Part shown: piece by piece, positions 14,991 through 30,600 of the stretch | Layout of the letters: each line of letters begins with the position of its first letter | Position numbering within the stretch: position 1 is the stretch's first letter | Assembly: GCA_964035545.1 (NCBI GenBank) | Contig: CAXIUT010000230.1 | Span: forward strand, 1,178,001-1,242,000 | Direction of reading: 5' to 3' | Length of the DNA stretch: 64,000 nt | DNA from: Bugula neritina | Lineage: Eukaryota; Animalia; Bryozoa | Position numbers and translations under genes: made by a program | Notes under the pieces: generated by a model | Told to the model about the DNA's origin: nothing | The model's database searches: none | The model's input: the letters and a program-made list of their open reading frames with translations, nothing else

Positions 14991-17900
14991 ACACTGCATC
15001 ATACTGCAACATACTGAAAAACACTGGAACATATTGATATGCACTGCAACTCATTGAAATATACTGCAACACACTGCAACATACGGCAGCATACCGAAAT
15101 ATACTGCGACACCTTGAAAAATACTGCAACATACTGAAATATACTGCAAGTGGTGCAACATACTGAATTACACTCTAACATACTGAAATATGCTGTAGCA
15201 TACTGAAATACACTGCAACACACTGAAGTATACTGTAATACACTGAAATGTAATGCAACATACTGAATTATACTGCAACATAGTGCAACATACTGAAATA
15301 CACTGTGACACACTGAAATACACTGAAACATAATGCAACATACTGCAACATACTGAAATACACTGTAACATATCGAAATACACTGCAACATACTGCAACA
15401 TACTGCAACATACTGAAATACACCGTAACATATCGAAATACACTGCAACATACTGCAACATACTGAAATGCACCGGAACATAATGGAATACCCTGCAACA
15501 GATTGAAATATACTGCGACAGACTGAAACATAAGGTAACACAATGAAGTATACTGCGACACATTAAAATATACTGCAACATACTGAAATATACTGCAACA
15601 TACTGAAATGTAATGTAATATACAGAAATGTACTCTAACATACTGAATTACACTCTAACATACTGAAACATGCTGTAGCATACTGAAATACACTGCAACA
15701 CACTGAAGTATACTGTAATACACTGAAATGTGATGCAACATACTGAATTATACTGCAACATAGTGCAACATACTGAAATACACTACAACAAACTACAACA
15801 TACTGAAATACACTGGAACATATTGAAATACACTGCGACACATTGAAACATACTGCAACATACTGAAATACACTGGGACACATTGAAATATACTGTAACA
15901 TACCGCAACATACTAAAATACACTGCAACACATTAAAATATACTGCAACATACTGAAACATACTGCAACATACTGAAATACACTGTGACACACTGAAATA
16001 CACTGCAACATACGAATTATACTTCAAGTGGTGCAACATACTGAAATACAATGTGACACACTGATATACACTGCAACATACTGCAACATACTGAAATATT
16101 GTGCGACACATTGAAATATACTGCAACATATTGAAGTATACTGTAACATACTGCAACATACTAAAATACACTGCGACATACTGAAATACATTGCAACACA
16201 TTAAAATATACTGCGACATACTGAAACATACTGCAACATGCTGAAATATACTGCAACATACTGAGATACACATAACATATTGAAATATACTGCAACATAC
16301 TGAATTACACTCTAACATACTGAAACATGCTGTAGCATACTGAAATACACTGCAACACACTGAAGTATACTGTAATACACTGAAATGTAATGCAACATAC
16401 TGAATTATACTGCAACATAGTGCAACATACTGAAATACACTGTGACACACTGAAATACACTGAAACATAATGCAACATACTGCAACATACTGAAATACAC
16501 TGTAACATATCGAAATACACTGCAACATACTGCAACATACTGCAACATACTGAAATACACCGGAACATATCGAAATACACTGCAACATACTGCAACATAC
16601 TGAAATGCACCGGAGCATAATGGAATACCCTGCAACACATTGAAATATACTGCAACAGACTGAAACATAAGGTAACACAATGAAGTATACTGCGACACAT
16701 TAAAATATACTGCAACATAGTGAAATATACTGCAACATACTGAAATGTAATGTAATATACAGAAATGTACTGTAACATACTGAAATATACTGTAACAAAC
16801 TGAAATATACTCTAACATACCGAAATACACTGTAACATACTGAAATATACTGCAACATACTGCAACATACTGAATTACACTTGAACATAATGAAATACAC
16901 TGCAACACTTTGAAATATACTGCAACATATCGAAATGAATGGTAAACTAGTGTAATATACTGTAACATAATGAAACATACCGGAACATACTGCAACGTAA
17001 TAAAGTATAGTGTAACACACTGAAATATGCGGCAACATACCGAAATATACTGCAACACGTTGAAAAATATTGCAACATACTGAAATATACTGCAACATAC
17101 TGCAACAAACTGAAATACACTGGAACATATTGAACTACACTGCAACACTCTGAAATATACTGCAACACACTGAAACAAACGGCAACATACCGAAATAAAC
17201 TGCGACACGTTGAAAATTACTGCAACATACTGAAATATACTGCGACGCCTTAAAATATACTGCAACATACTGAAATAGACTGCAAGTGGTGCAACATACT
17301 GAAATACACTGTGACACACTGAAATACACTGCAACATACTGCAACATACTGCAACATACTGAAATATTGTGCGACACATTAAAATATACTGCAACACATT
17401 GAAATCTACTGCAACATGCTGAAACATACTGCAATATACTGAAATACACTGTGACACACTGAAATACACTGCAACATACTGCAACATACTGCAACATACT
17501 GAAATATTGTGCGACACACTGAAATACACTGCAACATACTGCAACATACTGCAACATACTGAATTACACTGGAACATATTGATATACACTGCAACACATT
17601 GAAATATACTGCAACACACTGAACCATATGATGGCAACATACCGAAATTTACTGCGACACACTGAAAAATACTGCAACATACGAATTATACTTCAAGTGG
17701 TGCAACATATTGAAATACAATATGACACACTGAAGTACACTGCAACATACTGCAACATACTGCAACATACTGAAATATTGTGCGACACATTGAAATATAC
17801 TGCAACGTATTGAAATATACTGTAACATACTGCAACATACTAAAATACACTGCAACATACTGAAATACATTGCAACACATTAAAATATACTTCGACATAC

Positions 17901-20900
17901 TGAAACATACTGCAACATGATGAAATATACTGCAACATACTGAAATACACTATCACATATTCAAATATACTGCAACATACTGAATTACACTCTAACATAC
18001 TGAAATATGCTGTAGCATACTGAAATACACTGCAACACACTGAAGTATACTGTAATACACTGAAATGTAATGCAACATACTGAATTATACTGCAACATAG
18101 TGCAACATACTGAAATACACTACAACATACTGCAACATATTGAAATACACTGGAACATATTGAAATACACTGCGACACATTGAAACATACTGCAACATAC
18201 TGAAATATACTGCAACATACTGCAACATACTGAAATATTGTGCGACACATTGAAATATACTGCAACATTTTGAAATATACTGTAACATACTGCAACATAC
18301 TAAAATACACTGCAACATACTGAAATACATTGCAACACATTAAAATACACTGCGACATACTGAAACATACTGCAACATACTGAAATATACTGCAACATAC
18401 TGAGATACACATAACATATTGAAATATACTGCAACATACTGAATTACACTCTAACATACTTAAATATGCTGTAGCATACTGAAATACACTGCAACACACT
18501 GAAGTATACTGTAATACACTGAAATGTAATGCAACATACTGAATTATACTGCAACATAGTGCAACATACTGAAATACACTACAACAATCTGCAACATACT
18601 GAAATACACCGGAACATATAGAAATACACTGGGACACATTGAAACATACCGCAACATACTGAAATACACTGGGACACATTGAAATACACTGCAAAATACT
18701 GCAACATACTGCAACATACTGAAATACATTGCAACACATTAAAATATACTGCAACATACTGAAACATACTGAAATATACTGCAACACACTGAAACATACG
18801 GCAACATACCGAAATAAACTGCGACACGTTGAAAATTACTGCAACATACTGAAATATACTGCGACGCCGTAAAATATACTGCAACATACTGAAATAGACT
18901 GCAAGTGGTGCAACATACTGAAATACCTTGTGACACACTGAAATACACTGCAACATACTGCAACATACTGAAATATTGTGCGACACAATAAAATATACTG
19001 CAACATATTGAAATATACTGTAACATACTGCAACATACTAAAATACACTACAACACATTAAAATATACTGCAACATACTGAAACATACTGCAACATACTG
19101 AAATACACTGTGACACCCTGAAATACACTGCAACATACTGCAACATACTGCAACATACTGAATTACACTGGAACATATTGATATACACTGCAACACATTG
19201 AAATATACTGCAACACACTGAGCCATATGGCAACATACCGAAATTTACTGCGACACACTGAAAAATACTGCAACATACGAATTATACTTCAAGTGGTACA
19301 ACATACTGAAATACAATGTGACACACTGAAATGCACTGCAACATACTGCAACATACTGCAACATACTGAAATATTGTGCGACACATTGAAATATACTGCA
19401 ACGTATTGAAATATACTGTAACATACTGCAACATACTAAAATACACTGCAACATACTGAAATACATTGCAACACATTAAAATATACTGCGACATACTGAA
19501 ACATACTGCAACATGCTGAAATATACTGCAACATACTGAAATACACTATAACATATTGAAATATACTGCAACATACTGAATTACACTCTAACATACTGAA
19601 ATATGCTGTAGCATACTGAAAGACACTGCAACACACTGAAGTATACTGTAATACACTGAAATGTAATGCAACATACTGAATTATACTGCAACATAGTGCA
19701 ACATACTGAAATACACTGTGACACACTGAAATACACTGAAACATAATGCAACATACTGCAACATACTGAAATACACTGTAACATATCGAAATACACTGCA
19801 ACATACTGCAACATACTGCAACATATTGAAATACACTACAACATACTGCAACATACTGAAATACACTGGAATATATTGAAATACACTGCGACACATTGAA
19901 ACATACTGCAACATACTGAAATATACTGCAAGATACTGCAACATACTGAAACAGACTGTGACATACTGAAATACACTGCAACATACTGCAAGATACTGCA
20001 ACCTACTGAAATACACTGAAACATACTGAAATACACTGCATCATACTGCAACATACTGAATTACACTGCAACATATTGATATACACTGCAACACATTGAA
20101 ATATACTGCAACACACTGAAACATATGGCAATATACCAAAATATACTGCGACACCTTGAAAAATACTGCAACATACGAAATATACTGCAAGTGGTGCAAC
20201 ATACTGAAATACAATGTGACACACTGGAATACACTGCAACATACTGCAACATACTGCAACATACTGAAATACACTGTAACATATTGAATTACACTGCATC
20301 ATACTGCAACATACTGAAAAACACTGGAACATATTGATATACACTGCAACTCATTGAAATAAACTGCAACACACTGCAACATACGGCAGCATACCGAAAT
20401 ATACTGCGACACCTTGAAAAATACTGCAACATACTGAAATATACTGCAAGTGGGGCAACATACTGAAATACACTGTGACATACTGAAATACACTGCAACA
20501 TACTGCAAGATACTGCAACGTACGGAAATACAGTGTAACTTATTGAATTACACTGAATCATACTGCAACATACTGAGATACACTGGAACATATTGATATA
20601 CACTGCAACACATTGAAATATACTGCAACACACTGAACCATATGACAACAAACCAAAATTTACTGCGACACACTGAAAAATTTTGCAACATACGAATTAT
20701 ACTTCAAGTGGTGCAACATTCTGAAATACAATGTGACACACTGAAATACACTGCAACATACTGCAACATACTGCAACATACTGAAATATTGTGCGACACA
20801 TTGAAATATACTGCAACATATTGAAATATACTGTAACATACTGCAACATACTAAAATACACTGCAACATACTGAAATACATAGCAACACATTAAAATATA

Positions 20901-21660
20901 CTGCGACATACTGAAACATACTGCAACATGCTGAAATATACTGCAACATACTGAAATACACTATAACATATTGAAATATACTGCAACATACTGAATTACA
21001 CTCTAACATACTGAAATATGCAGTAGCATACTGAAATACACTGCAACACACTGAAGTATACTGTAATACACTGAAATGTAATGCAACATACTGAATTATA
21101 CTGCAACATAGTGCAACATACTGAAATACACTGTGACACACTAAAATACACTGAAACATAATGCAACATACTGCAACATACTGAAATACACTGTAACATA
21201 TCGAAATACACTGCAACATACTGCAACATACTGCAACATACTGAAATACACCGTAACATATCGAAATACACTTCAACATACTGCAACATACTGAAATGCA
21301 CCGGAACATAATGGAATACCCTGCAACACATTGAAATATACTGCAACAGACTGAAACATAAGGTAACACAATGAAGTATACTGCGACACATTAAAATATA
21401 CTGCAACATACTGTAATAGACTGCAACATACTGAAATGTAATGTAATATACAGAAATGTACTGTAACATACTGAATTACACTCTAACATACTGAAATATG
21501 CTGTAGCATACTGAAATACACTGCAACACACTGAGGTATACTGTAATACACTGAAATGTGATGCAACATACTGAATTATACTGCAACATAGTGCAACATA
21601 CTGAAATACACTACAACAATCTGCAACATACTGAAATACACCGGAACATATAGAAATACA
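11363..21660. repeat. Copy 1 of a 10.3-kb tandem segmental duplication inside the satellite
   Basis: Constant offset of 10,298 (11543->21841, 12873->23171, 14305->24603, 15635->25933, 17628->27926), then 10,318 (19436->29754, 20003->30321, 20851->31169, 21391->31709). Confidence 0.9.
16770..17170. repeat. Island of strongly diverged decamer monomers (copy 1)
   Basis: cgaaatgaatggtaaactagtgtaatatactgtaacataatgaaacataccggaacatactgcaacgtaataaagtatagtgtaac at 16,931-17,016 stays in 10-bp register but has several substitutions per monomer. It was seen only here and 10,298 bp downstream. Confidence 0.85.
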
Positions 21661-24600
21661 CTGGGACACATTGAAATATACTGTAACATACTGCAACATA
21701 CTAAAATACACTGCAACACATTAAAATATACTGCAACATACTGAAACATACTGCAACATACTGAAATACACTGTGACACACTGAAATACACTGCAACATA
21801 CTGCAACATACTGCAACATACTAAAATACACTGCAAGACATTAAAATGTATTGCAACATACTGAAACATACTGCAACATACTGAAATATACTGCAACACA
21901 CTGAAACATACGGCAACATACCGAAATAAACTGCGACACGTTGAAAATTATTTCAACATACTGAAATATACTGCGACACCTTAAAATATACTGCAACATA
22001 CTGAAATAGACTGCAAGTGGTGCAACATACTGAAATACACTGTGACACACTGAAATACACTGAAACATACTGCAACATACTGCAACATACTGAAATATTG
22101 TGCGACACACTGAAATACACTGCAATATACTGCAACATACTGCAACATACTGAATTACACTGGAACATATTGATATACACTGCAACACATTGCAATATAC
22201 TGCAACACACTGAACCATATGGCAACATACCGAAATTTACTGCGACACACTGAAAAATACTGCAACATACGAATTATACTTCAAGCGGTGCAACATACTG
22301 AAATACAATGTGACACACTGAAATACACTGCAACATACTGCAACATACTGCAACATACTGAAATATTGTGCGACACATTGAAATATACTGCAACGTATTG
22401 AAATATACTGTAACACACTGCAACATACTAAAATACACTGCAACATACTGAAATACATTGCAACACATTAAAATATACTGCGACATACTGAAACATACTG
22501 CAACATGCTGAAATATACTGCAACATACTGAAATACACTATCACATATTGAAATATACTGCAACATACTGAATTACACTCTAACATACTGAAATATGCTG
22601 TAGCATACTGAAATACACTGCAACACACTGAAGTATACGGTAATACACTGAAATGTAATGCAACATACTGAATTATACTGCAACATAGTGCAACATACTG
22701 AAATACACTACAACATACTGCAACATACTGAAATACACTGGAACATATTGAAATACACTGCGACACATTGAAACATACTGCAACATACTGAAGTATACTG
22801 CAAGATACTGCAACATACTGAAACAGACTGTGACATACTGAAATACACTGCAACATACTGCAAGATACCGCAACCTACTGAAATACACTGTAACATATTG
22901 AAATACACTGCATCATACTGCAACATACTGAATTACGCTGGAACATATTGATATACACTGCAACACACTGAAATATACTGCAACACACTGAAACATACGG
23001 CAATATACCAAAATATACTGCGACACCTTGAAAAATACTGCAACATACGAAATATACTGCAAGTGGTGCAACATACTGAAATACAATGTGACACACTGGA
23101 ATACACTGCAACATACTGCAACATACTGCAACATACTGAAATACACTGTAACATATTGAATTACACTGCATCATACTGCAACATACTGAAAAACACTGGA
23201 ACATATTGATATGCACTGCAACTCATTGAAATATACTGCAACACACTGCAACATACGGCAGCATACCGAAATATACTGCGACACATTGAAAAATACTGCA
23301 ACATACTGAAATATACTGCAAGTGGTGCAACATACTGAATTACACTCTAACATACTGAAATATGCTGTAGCATACTGAAATACACTGCAACACACTGAAG
23401 TATACTGTAATACACTGAAATGTAATGCAACATACTGAATTATACTGCAACATAGTGCAACATACTGAAATACACTGTTACACACTGAAATACACTGAAA
23501 CATAATGCAACATACTGCAACATACTGAAATACACTGTAACATATCGAAATACACTGCAACATACTGCAACATACTGCAACATACTGAAATACACCGTAA
23601 CATATCGAAATACACTGCAACATACTGCAACATACTGAAATGCACCGGAACATAATGGAATACCTTGCAACAGATTGAAATATACTGCGACAGACTGAAA
23701 CATAAGGTAGCACAATGAAGTATACTGCGACACATTAAAATATACTGCAACATACTGAAATATACTGCAACATACTGAAATGTAATGTAATATACAGAAA
23801 TGTACTGTAACAAACTGAATTACACTCTAACATACTGAAACATGCTGTAGCATACTGAAATACACTGCAACACACTGAAGTATACTGTAATACACTGAAA
23901 TGTGATGCAACATACTGAATTATACTGCAACATAGTGCAACATACTGAAATATACTACAACAAACTGCAACATACTGAAATACACTGGAACATATTGAAA
24001 TACACTGCGACACATTGAAACATACTGCAACATACTGAAATACACTGGGACACATTGAAATATACTGTAACATACTGCAACATACTAAAATACACAGCAA
24101 CACATTAAAATATACTGCAACATACTGAAACATACTGCAACATACTGAAATACACTGTGACACACTGAAATACACTGCAACATACTGCAACATACTGCAA
24201 CATACTAAAATACACTGCAAGACATTAAAATATACTGCAACATACTGAAACATACTGCAACATACTGAAATATACTGCAACACACTGAAACATACGGCAA
24301 CATACCGAAATAAACTGCGACACGTTGAAAATTATTTCAACATACTGAAATATACTGCGACGCCTTAAAATATACTGCAACATACTGAAATAGACTGCAA
24401 GTGGTGCAACATACTGAAATACACTGTGACACACTGAAATACACTGAAACATACTGCAACATACTGCAACATACTGAAATATTGTGCGACACACTGAAAT
24501 ACACTGCAATATACTGCAACATACTGCAACATACTGAATTACACTGGAACATATTGATATACACTGCAACACATTGAAATATACTGCAACATACTGAACC

Positions 24601-27600
24601 ATATGGCAACATACCGAAATTTACTGCGACACACTGAAAAATACTGCAACATACGAATTATACTTCAAGCGGTGCAACATACTGAAATACAATGTGACAC
24701 ACTGAAATACACTGCAACATACTGCAACATACTGCAACATACTGAAATATTGTGCGACACATTGAAATATACTGCAACGTATTGAAATATACTGTAACAT
24801 ACTGCAACATACTAAAATACACTGCAACATACTGAAATACATTGCAACACATTAAAATATACTGCGACATACTGAAACATACTGCAACATGCTGAAATAT
24901 ACTGCAACATACTGAAATACACTATCACATATTGAAATATACTGCAACATACTGAATTACACTCTAACATACTGAAATATGCTGTAGCATACTGAAATAC
25001 ACTGCAACACACTGAAGTATACGGTAATACACTGAAATGTAATGCAACATACTGAATTATACTGCAACATAGTGCAACATACTGAAATACACTACAACAT
25101 ACTGCAACATACTGAAATACACTGGAACATATTGAAATACACTGCGACACATTGAAACATACTGCAACATACTGAAATATACTGCAAGATACTGCAACAT
25201 ACTGAAACAGACTGTGACATACTGAAATACACTGCAACATACTGCAAGATACCGCAACCTACTGAAATACACTGTAACATATTGAATTACACTGCATCAT
25301 ACTGCAACATACTGAAAAACACTGGAACATATTGATATGCACTGCAACTCATTGAAATATACTGCAACACACTGCAACATACGGCAGCATACCGAAATAT
25401 ACTGCGACACCTTGAAAAATACTGCAACATACTGAAATATACTGCAAGTGGTGCAACATACTGAATTACACTCTAACATACTGAAATATGCTGTAGCATA
25501 CTGAAATACACTGCAACACACTGAAGTATACTGTAATACACTGAAATGTAATGCAACATACTGAATTATACTGCAACATAGTGCAACATACTGAAATACA
25601 CTGTGACACACTGAAATACACTGAAACATAATGCAACATACTGCAACATACTGAAATACACTGTAACATATCGAAATACACTGCAACATACTGCAACATA
25701 CTGCAACATACTGAAATACACCGTAACATATCGAAATACACTGCAACATACTGCAACATACTGAAATGCACCGGAACATAATGGAATACCCTGCAACAGA
25801 TTGAAATATACTGCGACAGACTGAAACATAAGGTAACACAATGAAGTATACTGCGACACATTAAAATATACTGCAACATACTGAAATATACTGCAACATA
25901 CTGAAATGTAATGTAATATACAGAAATGTACTCTAACATACTGAATTACACTCTAACATACTGAAACATGCTGTAGCATACTGAAATACACTGCAACACA
26001 CTGAAGTATACTGTAATACACTGAAATGTGATGCAACATACTGAATTATACTGCAACATAGTGCAACATACTGAAATACACTACAACAAACTACAACATA
26101 CTGAAATACACTGGAACATATTGAAATACACTGCGACACATTGAAACATACTGCAACATACTGAAATACACTGGGACACATTGAAATATACTGTAACATA
26201 CCGCAACATACTAAAATACACTGCAACACATTAAAATATACTGCAACATACTGAAACATACTGCAACATACTGAAATACACTGTGACACACTGAAATACA
26301 CTGCAACATACGAATTATACTTCAAGTGGTGCAACATACTGAAATACAATGTGACACACTGATATACACTGCAACATACTGCAACATACTGAAATATTGT
26401 GCGACACATTGAAATATACTGCAACATATTGAAATATACTGTAACATACTGCAACATACTAAAATACACTGCGACATACTGAAATACATTGCAACACATT
26501 AAAATATACTGCGACATACTGAAACATACTGCAACATGCTGAAATATACTGCAACATACTGAGATACACATAACATATTGAAATATACTGCAACATACTG
26601 AATTACACTCTAACATACTGAAACATGCTGTAGCATACTGAAATACACTGCAACACACTGAAGTATACTGTAATACACTGAAATGTAATGCAACATACTG
26701 AATTATACTGCAACATAGTGCAACATACTGAAATACACTGTGACACACTGAAATACACTGAAACATAATGCAACATACTGCAACATACTGAAATACACTG
26801 TAACATATCGAAATACACTGCAACATACTGCAACATACTGCAACATACTGAAATACACCGGAACATATCGAAATACACTGCAACATACTGCAACATACTG
26901 AAATGCACCGGAGCATAATGGAATACCCTGCAACACATTGAAATATACTGCAACAGACTGAAACATAAGGTAACACAATGAAGTATACTGCGACACATTA
27001 AAATATACTGCAACATAGTGAAATATACTGCAACATACTGAAATGTAATGTAATATACAGAAATGTACTGTAACATACTGAAATATACTGTAACAGACTG
27101 AAATATACTCTAACATACCGAAATACACTGTAACATACTGAAATATACTGCAACATACTGCAACATACTGAATTACACTTGAACATAATGAAATACACTG
27201 CAACACTTTGAAATATACTGCAACATATCGAAATGAATGGTAAACTAGTGTAATATACTGTAACATAATGAAACATACCGGAACATACTGCAACGTAATA
27301 AAGTATAGTGTAACACACTGAAATATGGGGCAACATACCGAAATATACTGCAACACGTTGAAAAATATTGCAACATACTGAAATATACTGCAACATACTG
27401 CAACATACTGAAATACACTGGAACATATTGAACTACACTGCAACACTCTGAAATATACTGCAACACACTAAAACAAACGGCAACATACCGAAATAAACTG
27501 CGACACGTTGAAAATTACTGCAACATACTGAAATATACTGCGACGCCTTAAAATATACTGCAACATACTGAAATAGACTGCAAGTGGTGCAACATACTGA

Positions 27601-30600
27601 AATACACTGTGACACACTGAAATACACTGCAACATACTGCAACATACTGCAACATACTGAAATATTGTGCGACACATTAAAATATACTGCAACACATTGA
27701 AATCTACTGCAACATGCTGAAACATACTGCAATATACTGAAATACACTGTGACACACTGAAATACACTGCAACATACTGCAACATACTGCAACATACTGA
27801 AATATTGTGCGACACACTGAAATACACTGCAACATACTGCAACATACTGCAACATACTGAATTACACTGGAACATATTGATATACACTGCAACACATTGA
27901 AATATACTGCAACACACTGAACCATATGATGGCAACATACCGAAATTTACTGCGACACACTGAAAAATACTGCAACATACGAATTATACTTCAAGTGGTG
28001 CAACATACTGAAATACAATATGACACACTGAAATACACTGCAACATACTGCAACATACTGCAACATACTGAAATATTGTGCGACACATTAAAATATACTG
28101 CAACACATTAAAATCTACTGCAACATGCTGAAACATACTGCAATATACTGAAATACACTGTGACACACTGAAATACACTGCAACATACTGCAACATACTG
28201 CAACATACTGAAATATTGTGCGACACACTGAAATACACTGCAACATACTGCAACATACTGCAACATACTGAATTACACTGGAACATATTGATATACACTG
28301 CAACACATTGAAATATACTGCAACACACTGAACCATATGATGGCAACATACCGAAATTTACTGCGACACACTGAAAAATACTGCAACATACGAATTATAC
28401 TTCAAGTGGTGCAACATACTGAAATACAATATGACACACTGAAATACACTGCAACATACTGCAACATACTGCAACATACTGAAATATTCTGCGACACATT
28501 GAAACATACTGCAACATACTGAATATACTGCAACATACTGCAACATACTGAAATATTGTGCGACACATTGAAATATACTGCAACATTTTGAAATATACTG
28601 TAACATACTGCAACATACTAAAATACACTGCAACATACTGAAATACATTGCAACACATTAAAATACACTGCGACATACTGAAACATACTGCAACATACTG
28701 AAATATACTGCAACATACTGAGATACACATAACATATTGAAATATACTGCAACATACTGAATTACACTCTAACATACTTAAATATGCTGTAGCATACTGA
28801 AATACACTGCAACACACTGAAGTATACTGTAATACACTGAAATGTAATGCAACATACTGAATTATACTGCAACATAGTGCAACATACTGAAATACACTAC
28901 AACAATCTGCAACATACTGAAATACACCGGAACATATAGAAATACACTGCGACACATTGAAACATACCGCAACATACTGAAATACACTGGGACACATTGA
29001 AATACACTGCAAAATACTGCAACATACTGCAACATACTGAAATACATTGCAACACATTAAAATATACTGCAACATACTGAAACATACTGAAATATACTGC
29101 AACACACTGAAACATACGGCAACATACCGAAATAAACTGCGACACGTTGAAAATTACTGCAACATACTGAAATATACTGCGACGCCGTAAAATATACTGC
29201 AACATACTGAAATAGACTGCAAGTGGTGCAACATACTGAAATACCTTGTGACACACTGAAATACACTGCAACATACTGCAACATACTGAAATATTGTGCG
29301 ACACAATAAAATATACTGCAACATATTGAAATATACTGTAACATACTGCAACATACTAAAATACACTACAACACATTAAAATATACTGCAACATACTGAA
29401 ACATACTGCAACATACTGAAATACACTGTGACACCCTGAAATACACTGCAACATACTGCAACATACTGCAACATACTGAATTACACTGGAACATATTGAT
29501 ATACACTGCAACACATTGAAATATACTGCAACACACTGAGCCATACGGCAACATACCGAAATTTACTGCGACACACTGAAAAATACTGCAACATACGAAT
29601 TATACTTCAAGTGGTACAACATACTGAAATACAATGTGACACACTGAAATGCACTGCAACATACTGCAACATACTGCAACATACTGAAATATTGTGCGAC
29701 ACATTGAAATATACTGCAACGTATTGAAATATACTGTAACATACTGCAACATACTAAAATACACTGCAACATACTGAAATACATTGCAACACATTAAAAT
29801 ATACTGCGACATACTGAAACATACTGCAACATGCTGAAATATACTGCAACATACTGAAATACACTATAACATATTGAAATATACTGCAACATACTGAATT
29901 ACACTCTAACATACTGAAATATGCTGTAGCATACTGAAAGACACTGCAACACACTGAAGTATACTGTAATACACTGAAATGTAATGCAACATACTGAATT
30001 ATACTGCAACATAGTGCAACATACTGAAATACACTGTGACACACTGAAATACACTGAAACATAATGCAACATACTGCAACATACTGAAATACACTGTAAC
30101 ATATCGAAATACACTGCAACATACTGCAACATACTGCAACATATTGAAATACACTACAACATACTGCAACATACTGAAATACACTGGAATATATTGAAAT
30201 ACACTGCGACACATTGAAACATACTGCAACATACTGAAATATACTGCAAGATACTGCAACATACTGAAACAGACTGTGACATACTGAAATACACTGCAAC
30301 ATACTGCAAGATACTGCAACCTACTGAAATACACTGAAACATATTGAAATACACTGCATCATACTGCAACATACTGAATTACACTGCAACATATTGATAT
30401 ACACTGCAACACATTGAAATATACTGCAACACACTGAAACATATGGCAATATACCAAAATATACTGCGACACCTTGAAAAATACTGCAACATACGAAATA
30501 TACTGCAAGTGGTGCAACATACTGAAATACAATGTGACACACTGGAATACACTGCAACATACTGCAACATACTGCAACATACTGAAATACACTGTAACAT

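Noticed and set aside
16931-17016. Transposon footprint or foreign insertion at the diverged island
   Set aside because: The segment stays in 10-bp register and each decamer still aligns to the consensus. No target-site duplication or terminal repeats are visible.
16405-17640. 411-aa minus-strand ORF, and other long ORFs such as 15635-16678, 34936-36021 and 61204-62217, as Cys-rich or membrane proteins
   Set aside because: These are translations of the decamer, and overlapping ORFs in all three frames give the same peptide cycle. The duplicate of the 411-aa ORF is split by a stop near 27,468. No recognisable domain or codon-position structure is present.
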